This document shows positions 41,026 through 51,578 of a stretch of 64,000 nt of DNA, piece by piece. The DNA comes from Gemmatimonadaceae bacterium (GTDB taxonomy: Bacteria; Gemmatimonadota; Gemmatimonadetes; Gemmatimonadales; Gemmatimonadaceae). A model generated the notes under the pieces. The model was not told the origin of the DNA. It worked only from the letters and a program-made list of their open reading frames with translations, and searched no databases. The DNA lies in contig JBGAJQ010000010.1 in NCBI GenBank assembly GCA_044224875.1, forward strand, positions 49,815-113,814, read 5' to 3'. How positions within the stretch are numbered: position 1 is the stretch's first letter; the number at the start of each line of letters is the position of its first letter. Both the position numbers and the translations under genes were made by a program.

Positions 41026-43832
41026 ATGCCACTCCCACGACAGATCCTCGCCTGCACGGCCGCCGTCCTGCTTTGCCCATCTGTAGGCGTCGCGCAATCG
41101 CTCACCCGTCCGGAGCGGGCGTGGCAGACCGTCACCTCCGAGCACTTCGACGTCCACTATCCAAAGGAAATGAGCGTGTGGGCCGAGCCCGTGGCGCAGC
41201 GGATGGAGAGCGTTGCCGCCGCGGTCAACGCGTTGGTCGGGAACACGCCCAGCAAGCGCGTCACCGTGCTGATCGAGGATCCCAACAACGTGTCGAACGG
41301 CTTCGCCGTCCCGCTGCTCGAGGGTCCGGTGGTTTTTTTCTGGCCGACGCCGCCGTCGCCAGGCCCAACGTTTGGCTCACATCGCGGGTGGGGTGAGGTG
41401 CTGGCGGTGCACGAGTATGCCCACATCGCGCACCTGACGTATCCCTCGCGAAATGGCTTCAACAACTTCATCTGGAAGTTCCTTCCCGCAAAGATCGGCC
41501 CCGTGGCGCGGAAATCGCCCGCGTGGGTGATCGAAGGCTACGCGACGTACATAGAGGGCAAGCTCACCGGGAACGGTCGACCCAACAGCGTGGGACGCGC
41601 GGCGGTGCTTCGCACCTGGGCGCTCGACGGCAAGTTACCGACGTACGATCAGCTCAACAACGCCCGTCCGTTTTTCGGCGGGTCGATGCGATACCTCGTG
41701 GGATCGGCTTTCCTCGAATGGCTGGCCGACAAGAAGGGAGAGGCGAGCCTAACGAACTTGTGGCGTCGGATGAGCGCCCGGCAGTCGCGCTCCTTCGCCG
41801 AAGCGTTTCGCGGCGCATTCGGCGCGTACCCCGATGAACTGTATGGCCGATTCTCCGTCGAGGTGATGGCGCGTTCTGCCGTTTCGCCTGACGGGCGCGT
41901 CGTGGCGCTCGTCGTGGGCGAGCCAGGGAAGCCCTCGCGCCTGGAGGTCTGGCGGACCGGGAACGACGGCAGCGACTCGGTGTTCGCCCGTCGCCAGCAG
42001 GAACTTGTGGCCCGCGATCCTCAGGACGTCGCGGCGATTGACTCCTTCCCTGCTCGACGGAAGGTGCTGGCACGCTTGAAGCCGTCGGCTGGGCGATCGG
42101 CCGAGGCGCCACGGTTCTTCGACGACAATGACCGACTGCTGGTGGTGCGTGATGAGCCGTTAGGCGACGGTGCCTCGCGGCCCGACCTCTACATCTGGAA
42201 CTATAAGACGGGCAGCTTCCACCGAGTCACGCACGGCGCGGCCATCAAGAGTGCCGACCCGAGTCCCGATGGGCGCAGCGCCGTGGCGGTTCAGTGCCTC
42301 AATGGCATCTGCAGCCTCGTGATGGTCGACCTCCAGCAGCGCACGATACGAACGCTCGCGCAGGGTGCTCCGGACGTGGTCTGGAATCGCCCACGGTATT
42401 CGCCGGACGGCAAGACGGTTGCGGCTGCCGTCCAACGCGACGGCCGATGGCGCATCGCGATGGTCACCGTCAACGGCGGGAGCGTTCAGGAAATCGGTGA
42501 CGAGTCGGCGGATCGCTATTCCCCGGCGTTCAGTGCGGACGGCAAGCAGCTCATCGTAGTCTCAGAGCGAGGTGGAATCGCGAACCTCGAGGCGATTGAT
42601 CTCGCATCCCGTGGTACGCGTTCGCTGACGCGGGTCGTCGGGTCGCTGGCGTCTCCCGACGTGAGCGGAGATGGACGAGTGTATTTTCTCTCGCTCCACT
42701 CGCGCGGGTACGATGTGCGGCGCCTGACCCTCCAGAGCGCGCGCCGGCCCATTCCGTCCTCACGCTCGCGCCTAACCTCTTTCCGGTATCCCCGCGGGCA
42801 CCCTTCTCGCGACCCTCGTTCGCGACAGGACGGGTGAACGGTCCGCACGACTACCTCACGGGCCCGCGTCGCTGGCGCATCCTGCCCGGAGGCACGGTTG
42901 GGCCCGAAGGGGACATGGGCACCTTGTCCCTGGCGAACACGGATCCGATTGGGCGCGTCGGCCTCCTGGCAATCGGTGGGTACGGGAACAAGGGCACATG
43001 GCGTGGCGGGTCGTTGGCAATCGAGACACGACGAACGCCCCTGCACGTGAACGTAGCCGGCTGGTACTCCGAACAACGCCCGTCGGAACAGAAGAACTGG
43101 ACGGACGCGCCATCATCGTTCGACGCCAAGTACGTCGGAGCTGGCGGACAACTCGCATTGGAACGCGAATACGCGCATTGGGGGCTCATCCTGCGCGCGG
43201 GAGGGAGTGGAGGGTTCCTAGACGGCAATCAGCTGGATCGGGATACGCGGGCGATGGGTGTCGGGGAATTCCGCGGACGACTCACCATCGGCATCGGCAG
43301 TCTCCCGGTGACCATCTGGGGTGGTGTGTTGACTGCCCAGGGCATCACCGCTGACGATCGTTGGTCGTTAGGCCTCTCGAAAGGCACCATGACGCTTGGC
43401 GGCCGTTCGCGGGCGCTTAAGTTGGAGGCGATGGCCGGGCACGTTACCGCGGCTGGATCGGCGGAGTTCGGAAGGGCGTATGAGCAATTCGCGATCGGTG
43501 GGTCGCCCGGTCCGTTTGCCGACGCGTCGTACCTCGTGAATCGCATCCCCCTTCCCGGTGTGCCGACGGGGTTTGTGAGTGGCGAGCGGGTGGCGATGGC
43601 CCGCGCCTCCATCAAGGGTCACATTCTGGAACCGTCGGTCACCTATGTCGCGGGCGGCGAACGACGCACCGAGTGGAAACGGGTGTTCGCGCTGGAGCGC
43701 GAGTTCGCCTGGCCCTCGATTGGCTACGCGCGTCTTCCTGGTGTTCGTGTCCACGGCGGGGTGAGTTACTCGGTGGACCAGCCCTACGAGCACAAGGTTC
43801 GCCCGTACCTCTCGCTCACGTATCGGCCGTAA
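41026..43832 (+). CDS. Secreted protein: gluzincin-like domain + TolB/PD40 beta-propeller + probable outer-membrane beta-barrel; frameshift near 42740
   Basis: Signal peptide, VHEYAH..WVIEGYA, SPDG/SADG repeats. The alternate frame APAHSVLTLAPNLFP.. runs into ORF 42834-43832, which has alternating beta strands and ends YLSLTYRP. Confidence 0.72.
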
Positions 43833-43897
43833 AGCCGGCACGTACGCGGTCGTTTTCGCACTCTTCAAAGATTCGGGAGAGCGCGTAGTTTCGAGGC

Positions 43898-44899
43898 ATG
43901 ACTCGAACGACGCGAATCCTCGGCTCACTAGCGGTCTTCTTGTTGAGTTGTGCGCAGCCCGCCAAGCAAGACGCGGCAGTGAGCAGGCCGGCGTGGTGCG
44001 CGAACCTTCCGCGCGCGGCGTACGCGACGCTGGAGCGCGTGAACCTGCCCACAGACTGGTTCGAGGTGTATCGCGTCGGGGATGGCGTCTACGCGATCTA
44101 CGAACCGAAGCAGTTTCAGGAGGTGATCTCCTACCTCATCCTCGGCTCCACTCGCGCTTTGCTCTTCGACACCGGACTGGGGATCGGCAACATCAAGGCG
44201 GTGGCGAGGCACCTGACCGCACTGCCGCTTGTGGTGCTGAATTCACATACGCACTACGACCACACGGGCGGCAATGCCGCGTTTGATTCCATCCTCGCGG
44301 TGAACTCGGCATACACGCGCGAGAACTCATTGGGTTTCCGCCACGAGCAGTTGCAAGGCGAAGTGGCACCGGAAGCGTTTTGCGCACCGACACCGGCAGG
44401 GTTCGACGCCTCCAGGTACATGGTGAAGAAGTGGACTCCCACCCAACTCATTGGCGACAACGAGCGGGTTGATTTGGGGGGCCGGCAACTTCGTGTGTTG
44501 CAGGTGCCGGGGCACACGCCGGACGCCACCGCGTTGTGGGACTCGACGGCGGGATATCTCTGGACCGGTGACTCGTTCTACGAAGGACCCATCTGGCTCT
44601 TCGTGGACGAGACGGATTGGCCGGCGTATGCGCATTCGGTGGATCGCATGGCGGCCCTTGTGCCGTCCCTGGTCAAGGTTTTTCCGTCGCACAATGTGGC
44701 ATCGTCGGATCCGAAGCTGCTTCTTCAGCTGCAACGAGCCGTTCGCGAAGTTCAGGGCGGCCAGGCGAAGCCGACCCCGGGAAACGGTGACCAGGTCACC
44801 TACGATTTTGGGGCGTTTTCCCTGCTCACGTCGAAGCACGCGCTGGCGGGTCCGTCACCGAATGCTGTCGGAGGCTCGGGGCTCTCGACGCCAAAGTAG
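43898..44899 (+). CDS. MBL-fold metallohydrolase, probable lipoprotein
   Basis: LLSC lipobox, FDTG, HTHYDH, PGHTPD, TGD, PSH. Confidence 0.85.
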   Translation: MTRTTRILGSLAVFLLSCAQPAKQDAAVSRPAWCANLPRAAYATLERVNLPTDWFEVYRVGDGVYAIYEPKQFQEVISYLILGSTRALLFDTGLGIGNIKAVARHLTALPLVVLNSHTHYDHTGGNAAFDSILAVNSAYTRENSLGFRHEQLQGEVAPEAFCAPTPAGFDASRYMVKKWTPTQLIGDNERVDLGGRQLRVLQVPGHTPDATALWDSTAGYLWTGDSFYEGPIWLFVDETDWPAYAHSVDRMAALVPSLVKVFPSHNVASSDPKLLLQLQRAVREVQGGQAKPTPGNGDQVTYDFGAFSLLTSKHALAGPSPNAVGGSGLSTPK

Positions 44900-44913
44900 C
44901 ACCTGCCGCAGAA

Positions 44914-45327
44914 TCAGGGCGCGATGGTGATTTCGCCGTTGGCTGAAACTCGGAGCATTCCGTTTGGCAACGCGCGTTGGTCGCCGACGCCGAGTTGCAC
45001 GACGGGGATCGCGGGAAGGCCCATTTCGCGGGCGACGATGACCCCGAGCGAGAGGATCGCGTCGGGCTCGGGCACGATGACAGCCGCCGGCGCACATCCG
45101 CACGACAGCAGCTCCAACATGATGTAGCTGGACGAGGACGATCCCACCGTGCCCGTCAGGGCGAGTACACGCCCCGCAACGCACGCCCCATGTTGTGGGT
45201 GCCTGGGATCAGTGACCACGCCGGTTTGCGGGTCGACGCCACCCCACAGTGAAATCGGCCGTTCGAATCGTAGCAGTACGCCCATTCCCTCGCCTGGTAC
45301 GATGGGTGTCGCCTGCCAGCGGTTCAC
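44914..45327 (-). CDS. Aconitase X small (swivel, DUF126) subunit
   Basis: ISLWGGVDPQTG..HPQHG, GTVGSSSSS, APAAVI; GTGA overlap with the large subunit. Confidence 0.85.
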   Translation of the reverse strand: MNRWQATPIVPGEGMGVLLRFERPISLWGGVDPQTGVVTDPRHPQHGACVAGRVLALTGTVGSSSSSYIMLELLSCGCAPAAVIVPEPDAILSLGVIVAREMGLPAIPVVQLGVGDQRALPNGMLRVSANGEITIAP

Positions 45328-46586
45328 GAGACACTCCGCCACAAGGAGTCGTCCCGCACGACGCGTCCGGCGACAGCGCTCTCCACACAATCCGAGAGCG
45401 TACCAAAGACGGTGTCGTAGCCGGTGTTCGCTGGGCCGTAGTGCGCGAACTTGCCGGAGTTCGTCATCAGCACACTGCCCTTCTCCGGCAGGATGGGGGT
45501 GACCACCACACAGGTGTCCGCGACGACCGTGACGCCGGCCCGCTCGAGGGTGGCCAAGCGGCCCGCCGACTCCAACACCTTGAGGTGCTGCCGCGCGGTA
45601 CAAACGTAGAACGGAAGTGACAATCGGCGTGCGCCGAGCAACTGCTCGAGAGCAGCGAACTCGTCGAGGGAGAAATGCGGGCTGCCGACGGCAACCGCGT
45701 CCACCGAGTCGCCGGCAGCCGTCGTCAACCGATCCCGCGCCGGCCAAAGGCGTTCAGCCGTCAGCTCAATCACACGTTCGGGAGGAACGCCACCGCAGGC
45801 ATCCCAGCGGGTAGGCGCTTCCGGCGTGACACCGACGGCGTGAAACATGCCCACCGCCCCGGTAGACGCGGCCGCAGCCCCCAATGCCTTGAGCTGGTCC
45901 TCGGAGACCGTCGGGGGCAACCCCTCGAAAGCCACAATGGCATTGCCAAACTCCATGCCTAACCACGTTCCCAGCACCGGGTAGAACGCATCGCTCGCCA
46001 TGAGCATCGCTGGCACAGCGTGGAGCTGAACTACCGTGCGTGCGTAACGTTGCGCTGGCACATGCAGTCCGTAGTACGGGGCGCGCCCGACGATCGCGCA
46101 GCAAATGTCGAGAAAGTCCCCGTAGCGATTGGTCCGCGCCCCAAGGACGGAATTCACGAACACCACCGCATTGCTCTCACCCCAAGCGACGTCGGTATCA
46201 CGGGCAGGACGGTGGCCCACCTGATACGGCGTGCAAGTCCACGTGGGCTGGCAGCCTAACCGCTCATACGCTTGCATAAGTCGTAGTGCCATGGCGCGAC
46301 GATCCGCGCCCAAGCGCACGCGATGCGGGTGCAGCAGGTCGAGTGCACCGACGTTCAAGGTGGTTGGAATCGCAACCCGGCCACGGCCAGCCACCAGCCG
46401 CTCGCCGAAGTGCACCCCGCTGTCGCCGTGGTACAACGCGCCGTCGATGTGCGCCGACGCGACAGGAACCAACCGCTCTGCTCCCATGATCCGCGACATG
46501 TCCGCGACGATGCGCATGGCCATCGCCGGAGCCTCACCATGCAGGCCGTCAGCCGTTTCCCGCTCGTCTGTCGTAAGCGTGAGCAT
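45324..46586 (-). CDS. Aconitase X catalytic (DUF521) subunit
   Basis: SAHIDG, WTCTPY, AWGESNAV, GARTNR, GSPHFS, DTC, TNSGKFAHY. Confidence 0.9.
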   Translation of the reverse strand: MLTLTTDERETADGLHGEAPAMAMRIVADMSRIMGAERLVPVASAHIDGALYHGDSGVHFGERLVAGRGRVAIPTTLNVGALDLLHPHRVRLGADRRAMALRLMQAYERLGCQPTWTCTPYQVGHRPARDTDVAWGESNAVVFVNSVLGARTNRYGDFLDICCAIVGRAPYYGLHVPAQRYARTVVQLHAVPAMLMASDAFYPVLGTWLGMEFGNAIVAFEGLPPTVSEDQLKALGAAAASTGAVGMFHAVGVTPEAPTRWDACGGVPPERVIELTAERLWPARDRLTTAAGDSVDAVAVGSPHFSLDEFAALEQLLGARRLSLPFYVCTARQHLKVLESAGRLATLERAGVTVVADTCVVVTPILPEKGSVLMTNSGKFAHYGPANTGYDTVFGTLSDCVESAVAGRVVRDDSLWRSVS

Positions 46587-46660
46587 TGCGTCGCCGGAAG
46601 ATTCACGTGAATGTGCGGTATCGCGCAGCCCCACTCCAGTCATTGTCCCCGGGTAAACTC

Positions 46661-47224
46661 ATGCGACCCCTCGTCCGACTCGTCATCGCGGCCACCTTCA
46701 TTCCCTACGTCGCCAACGCGCAGGCCCCCACTCGACCATCGATCGACACACTCCCTCGACCGATGGCGAAACCGTCCGACGTCTCCTCGGTCGACGCCAT
46801 CATCGCGGCGCTGTACGACGTGATATCTGGTCCAGCTGGTCAAGCGCGCGACTGGAATCGATTTCGCTCGCTGTTCGTACCGAACGCACGCCTGATTCCC
46901 TCTCGGCCGCGGCCGGACGGCGGCGCGGATGCCGTTGTGTGGAGCGTCGACGACTATGCAGCGGCGGCCGGCCCGCGTCTGGAGAAGACCGGGTTCTTCG
47001 AACGCGAGATCAGCCGTCGCGAGGAGTCGTGTGGGAACATCGCGCATCTGTTCAGTACCTACGAATCTCGACGAACGTCCGCCGATCCGACGCCGTTCGC
47101 GCGCGGGATCAACTCGATTCAAGTGATGAAGGATGGTGGACGGTATTGGATCGTGACGGTGTTCTGGGACGCCGAACGCAGCGACAATCCGATCCCGTCG
47201 AAGTACTTGAAACAAAGCCCGTAA
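46661..47224 (+). CDS. Exported NTF2/SnoaL-like protein
   Basis: Signal peptide (ANA-Q), ALYDVISG, FFEREI, RGINSIQ, WIVTVFWD. Confidence 0.7.
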   Translation: MRPLVRLVIAATFIPYVANAQAPTRPSIDTLPRPMAKPSDVSSVDAIIAALYDVISGPAGQARDWNRFRSLFVPNARLIPSRPRPDGGADAVVWSVDDYAAAAGPRLEKTGFFEREISRREESCGNIAHLFSTYESRRTSADPTPFARGINSIQVMKDGGRYWIVTVFWDAERSDNPIPSKYLKQSP

Positions 47225-47332
47225 CCACCATGGGCTAAAAGGCTTTAGGCCTTCAGGGATTTGTCCCTTGCCTCGCGGCGCGCGACTAGGCAAACTCCCG
47301 CAGCTTTTTAGTCCTCTCGCAGACAAACACAC

Positions 47333-48436
47333 ATGCGTATTGGTGTCCCGAAGGAAACCTCCCCGGGAGAGCGGCGCGTTGCGCTCGCCCCCGACAGCGT
47401 GGCCAAACTGGTCAAGGGCGGTCACACTTTGCTCGTCGAACGCGGCGCCGGAAGTGCCGCGTTTTGTACGGACGAGTCTTATAAGGCGGTAGGTGCAACG
47501 CTGGTAAGCACGGCCGAGGCCTTTGGCGCCGAGATTGTCACCAAGGTGCAGCGCCCAAGCAGCAGCGAGGCCCCGCTGCTGGCGGACGGCGCGCTGCTGA
47601 TTTCACTCCTTCAGCCGGCTGAAAACGGCCCCCTCCTGGAGAACCTGTCCTCGCGTGGCGTTCAGGCACTCAGCCTGGAGCGCGTCCCGCGCATAACGCG
47701 AGCGCAGTCAATGGACGTCCTGTCATCACAGGCGACGATTGCCGGCTACAAGGCCGTCCTCATTGCCGCGTCACACTCTCCCAAGCTCTTCCCGATGCTG
47801 ACCACGGCGGCCGGCAACATTCCGCCGGCGAAGGCGTTCGTCTTGGGCGCAGGGGTGGCCGGGCTCCAAGCCATTGCGACAGCGCGGCGATTGGGCGCGC
47901 TGGTGTCGGGATTCGACATTCGGGCGGCTGCCGCCGAACAAGTGATGTCGTTAGGTGCGAAGTTCGTCGGTCCCAAGCCCGCCGCCGACGCCGAGGCGGC
48001 TGGCGGATACGCCCGGGAACAGACGGCGGAAGAACGCCAGCAGACGATGGACGCGATGGCCGCACACCTCAAGGACCAGGACATCGTCGTCACGACCGCA
48101 CAGATTCCTGGGCGGGCTGCGCCACGCCTCATCACGCGCGCCATGGTCGAGAGCATGCGCCCAGGGGCCGTGATTGTGGACCTGGCGGCGGATAGTGGTG
48201 GCAACTGCGAGGTGACGCGCGCCGGAGAAGTCATCGATCACAACGGGGTAACGGTCATTGGCGCCTCCAACCTTCCGGCGTCCGTTCCGTATCACGCGAG
48301 CCTGATGTTCTCCAAGAACGTCCTCACCCTACTCTCGCATTTGATCAGCAAGGAAGGGGCGCTGACCGTTGATGCGAAGGATGAAATCACCGGCGCCATG
48401 CTGGTAACCCGCGTTGCCACGGCGGCGCGCGCCTGA
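47333..48436 (+). CDS. pntAA: NAD(P) transhydrogenase alpha1 (domain I)
   Basis: GVPKE..ERRVA, RITRAQSMDVLSS, GAGVAGLQA, DLAADSGGNC. Confidence 0.95.
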   Translation: MRIGVPKETSPGERRVALAPDSVAKLVKGGHTLLVERGAGSAAFCTDESYKAVGATLVSTAEAFGAEIVTKVQRPSSSEAPLLADGALLISLLQPAENGPLLENLSSRGVQALSLERVPRITRAQSMDVLSSQATIAGYKAVLIAASHSPKLFPMLTTAAGNIPPAKAFVLGAGVAGLQAIATARRLGALVSGFDIRAAAAEQVMSLGAKFVGPKPAADAEAAGGYAREQTAEERQQTMDAMAAHLKDQDIVVTTAQIPGRAAPRLITRAMVESMRPGAVIVDLAADSGGNCEVTRAGEVIDHNGVTVIGASNLPASVPYHASLMFSKNVLTLLSHLISKEGALTVDAKDEITGAMLVTRVATAARA

Positions 48437-48482
48437 CCCTCACTCTCAAGTTCGACTTCTTCCGACTTCAGCCACTCGACCC

Positions 48483-48803
48483 GTGGATCTCACGACGATT
48501 TTTCAGCTATACGTCTTCATTCTTGCCGGTTTCGTGGGCTTTATCATCATCGCCCGCGTGCCTCCCTTGCTGCACACCCCACTGATGTCCGCCACGAATG
48601 CCATATCGGGCATTTCGCTCGTGGGGGCCATTGTAGCAGCTGGCGGGCAGTATGGCCGGCTGTCCACAATTCTTGGTTTCATCGCGGTGATCTGCGCGGC
48701 GACCAACGTGGTGGCGGGCTTCCTGATCACTGACCGAATGCTGGCGATGTTCGGCCGGAAGCCAGATGCCAAGTCCGCCTCGAAGCCCGGGAGCCACGCG
48801 TGA
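48483..48803 (+). CDS. pntAB: NAD(P) transhydrogenase alpha2 membrane subunit
   Basis: VPPLLHTPLMSATNAISG, GFLITDRMLAMF. Confidence 0.93.
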   Translation: MDLTTIFQLYVFILAGFVGFIIIARVPPLLHTPLMSATNAISGISLVGAIVAAGGQYGRLSTILGFIAVICAATNVVAGFLITDRMLAMFGRKPDAKSASKPGSHA

Positions 48804-50275
48804 TCGCCTTCACCACAGCTCCAGCGGCGCTCTGGCTCGTCCAGGAAGCCGCGACAGCGACGTACTCGGCGCGCGAGTCATTCGTGCAACTCAGTTACCT
48901 CGCCGCGTCGGTGATGTTCATTCTCGGCCTGCGTTCGCTGACACGACCGGAACAGGCACGCCTGGGCATGCAGCAGGCAGCCGTCGGGATGCTGCTGGCG
49001 GTGATTGGCACGTTGCTGCACCAGGGCATCCTGACCTACACGTGGATCCTGGCGGGCCTCGCCATCGGCACCGCGTTAGGCTATCCAATGGCCATGAAGG
49101 TCCCGATGACGGCGATGCCGCAATTCATCGCCTTCTCGCATGCCTTTGGCGCCATCGCCGCCACACTCGTCGGTATCGTCGAATACCGGCACCTGTCAGC
49201 CCCCGGTGTGGACGGTTCTGCCCAGGAAATCTCGCGATCGCTCGCGGCGGCGTTGGGATTTGAGGTGCTGTTTGGCGCCTTGACCGACACTGGTTCGTTC
49301 ATGGCGTTTGGCAAGCTGCAGGAGCTCATCACCGGGCGCCCAATCACGTTCAAGGGACAGAACCTGTTCAACGGCGCGATCGCGCTCATCGCGATCTACT
49401 GCTTCGGCATGTTGATCTATGCGCCTTCAACCGGGTGGGCCTTCTACGGCGTCGTGGGGCTCGCGCTCTTCCTCGGCATCTCGCTCGTACTGCCGATCGG
49501 CGGTGGCGACATGCCGGTGGTGATCTCGCTCCTCAACTCCTATGCGGGCCTCGCCGCCAGCGCCACCGGATTCGCCATCGGCAACAACGTGCTGATCATC
49601 GCAGGCGCGCTCGAGGGAGCGGGCGGTTTCATCCTCTCGATCCTCATGTCCAAGGCGATGAATCGCTCGTTCGCCAATGTGCTGTTCGGTGCGTTTGGCT
49701 CGGCACCAGCCGCGGGGGTCGCCGGCAAGACAGCGGAGGGCCTCTCCGTGAAGAGCGTGTCCGCCGAGGATGCGGCCGTTCAGTTGGCATTCGCTTCATC
49801 GGTGATTGTGGTGCCCGGATACGGACTGGCGGTCGCGCAGGCACAGCATCAAGTGCGTGAGCTGACGGAGCTCATCGAGAAGAAGGGGGGCGAAGTACGG
49901 TTCGCCATTCATCCCGTCGCCGGGCGAATGCCGGGCCACATGAACGTGTTGTTGGCCGAGGCCAACCTCCCGTACGAGAAGCTCCTGGACATGGACGAGA
50001 TCAACAACGACTTCGCCAACGCCGATGTCGCCCTCGTGATCGGGGCGAACGACGTGGTGAATCCCGCCGCCCGTCATGACAAAGCGAGTCCGATCTACGG
50101 AATGCCAATCCTGAACGCGGATCAGTCGAAGAGCATTATCGTCATGAAGCGCTCGATGGCGGCCGGGTTTGCGGGCATTGAAAACGAGTTGTTCTACGAC
50201 TCGAAGTGTTCGATGCTCTTTGGGGACGCCAAGTCCAGCTTGAATGCCTTGATCACCGAGGTCAAGGCGCTGTAG
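48800..50275 (+). CDS. pntB: NAD(P) transhydrogenase beta subunit
   Basis: IGGGDMPVVISLLNSY, VPGYGLAVAQAQ, HPVAGRMPGHMNV, GANDVVNP. Confidence 0.96.
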   Translation: MIAFTTAPAALWLVQEAATATYSARESFVQLSYLAASVMFILGLRSLTRPEQARLGMQQAAVGMLLAVIGTLLHQGILTYTWILAGLAIGTALGYPMAMKVPMTAMPQFIAFSHAFGAIAATLVGIVEYRHLSAPGVDGSAQEISRSLAAALGFEVLFGALTDTGSFMAFGKLQELITGRPITFKGQNLFNGAIALIAIYCFGMLIYAPSTGWAFYGVVGLALFLGISLVLPIGGGDMPVVISLLNSYAGLAASATGFAIGNNVLIIAGALEGAGGFILSILMSKAMNRSFANVLFGAFGSAPAAGVAGKTAEGLSVKSVSAEDAAVQLAFASSVIVVPGYGLAVAQAQHQVRELTELIEKKGGEVRFAIHPVAGRMPGHMNVLLAEANLPYEKLLDMDEINNDFANADVALVIGANDVVNPAARHDKASPIYGMPILNADQSKSIIVMKRSMAAGFAGIENELFYDSKCSMLFGDAKSSLNALITEVKAL

Positions 50276-50407
50276 CATCGACAAAGCCGCCCTCGGGCCG
50301 CTGAACAGCGTCTTGGTCTTTGTGTTGACCGTCGCGGCATGGGTCCTCTGCCGCTTCGGTCGGCGGCGGGTGGCGCTGAAACCAGTAGACGGTTAGGCAG
50401 CGCTCGT

Positions 50408-51559
50408 TCAGCTCTTGGTGGCGTTCAGGCGATACTCGCGTCCACGCCAACGACGGGGCCGGCGCAGGGTCGACCAGACCAAGCGGAGCGCCGCGATGGG
50501 ATCACTGAGTGGTGAGAGCCAGAACGTCCATCCGCGGCGAGCGTAGCTCCCAGCGATCGCGAAGCTCATGCCGACACGGAGCGCGACCAGCGCGGCACAG
50601 GCCCACCACAGGACGCTCGCGGCCCTTGACCAGGGGTCGCTGATCGTCAGCACCAACAACAATGGCAGGGCGAGTCCCTGCGCGAGCACAACGGTGAAGA
50701 CATCCGACCACTGACGAACAGGCGAGGTCGCATCCGCCAGGTCAAACGAACGTCCCCACTCCCGCCACATCTGCCGCACGTCCCGATAGGCGCGAACGCA
50801 GTATAGGTCGCGACCATCCAGGAAGCCGACACGAAGTCCGCGCGCGGCGTAGGCTCGTGCCAGCGTCACATCGTCGGCGAATGACCCCCTTGCCAGCTGG
50901 TAGCCACCATGGGTTTCGAGCGCCTGGCGCCGCGCCAGAAAGCACTGGCCGTTTGCCATCACGCGGTCGGGAGCTGGGCGATCGGCAGGGGCGCCCACGC
51001 GGTAGACGAGGGTCATGAGCATCGACGGCTGCAACCACCGCTCACCAGGCGACTGACCGTCGAAACGCGGTGAAAAGGAGACGAGATCGAGCTGCCGGTC
51101 TTGGGCCGCCGCCACGACACCGGCGACGAAGCCCAGCTCGCCTTCCGTATCGGCATCCACGCCCAGAACCCAATCGCCACGTGCCAGCGTCAGCCCGTGC
51201 TGGAGGGCCCAGACCTTCCCGATCCAGTCCAAGGGAAGTGGCGGTTCTCGAACGAGCCGAAACCGCGCGTCAGCCCGCACAAACTCCTGCACGATCGCTC
51301 GCGTGTCATCGGTCGAGTCTCCGTCGACTACGATCACCTCCATCAGCGGCGCTCCTTGGCGCTGGAGTGCCTGCAGGCACGGACGCACGCGCGCTCCCTC
51401 GTTGCGCGTGGGGACAAGGACGGTCACCGTGGAGCCCACCAGGCCGCCAGGCACGGGACGAATGGGGGACGCCCGGCGGTACCCGGGCGCAAGGCGTACC
51501 AGCAGCACAGAGAGCGCCAGCAGCTCGAGTGCCGCCAGCACCAACAACAGAGTCGTCAA
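50408..51559 (-). CDS. cruG: GT2 carotenoid 2'-O-glycosyltransferase, CruG-like
   Basis: DADT, WLQPSMLMTLVYR, VMANGQCFL, SFADDVTLAR, VGFLDG and EWGRSFDL match cyanobacterial CruG as I recall it; start uncertain. Confidence 0.72.
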   Translation of the reverse strand: MTTLLLVLAALELLALSVLLVRLAPGYRRASPIRPVPGGLVGSTVTVLVPTRNEGARVRPCLQALQRQGAPLMEVIVVDGDSTDDTRAIVQEFVRADARFRLVREPPLPLDWIGKVWALQHGLTLARGDWVLGVDADTEGELGFVAGVVAAAQDRQLDLVSFSPRFDGQSPGERWLQPSMLMTLVYRVGAPADRPAPDRVMANGQCFLARRQALETHGGYQLARGSFADDVTLARAYAARGLRVGFLDGRDLYCVRAYRDVRQMWREWGRSFDLADATSPVRQWSDVFTVVLAQGLALPLLLVLTISDPWSRAASVLWWACAALVALRVGMSFAIAGSYARRGWTFWLSPLSDPIAALRLVWSTLRRPRRWRGREYRLNATKS

Positions 51560-51578
51560 GGTCGCGCCGCGGTCCCCG

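Noticed and set aside
43898..44899. Metallo-beta-lactamase resistance gene
   Set aside because: It has only the generic HxHxDH fold motifs and no mobile context; the substrate is unknown.
47235..47253. Short inverted repeats upstream of pntAA as a Rex-type operator
   Set aside because: The arms are only 5 bp and do not match the Rex consensus.
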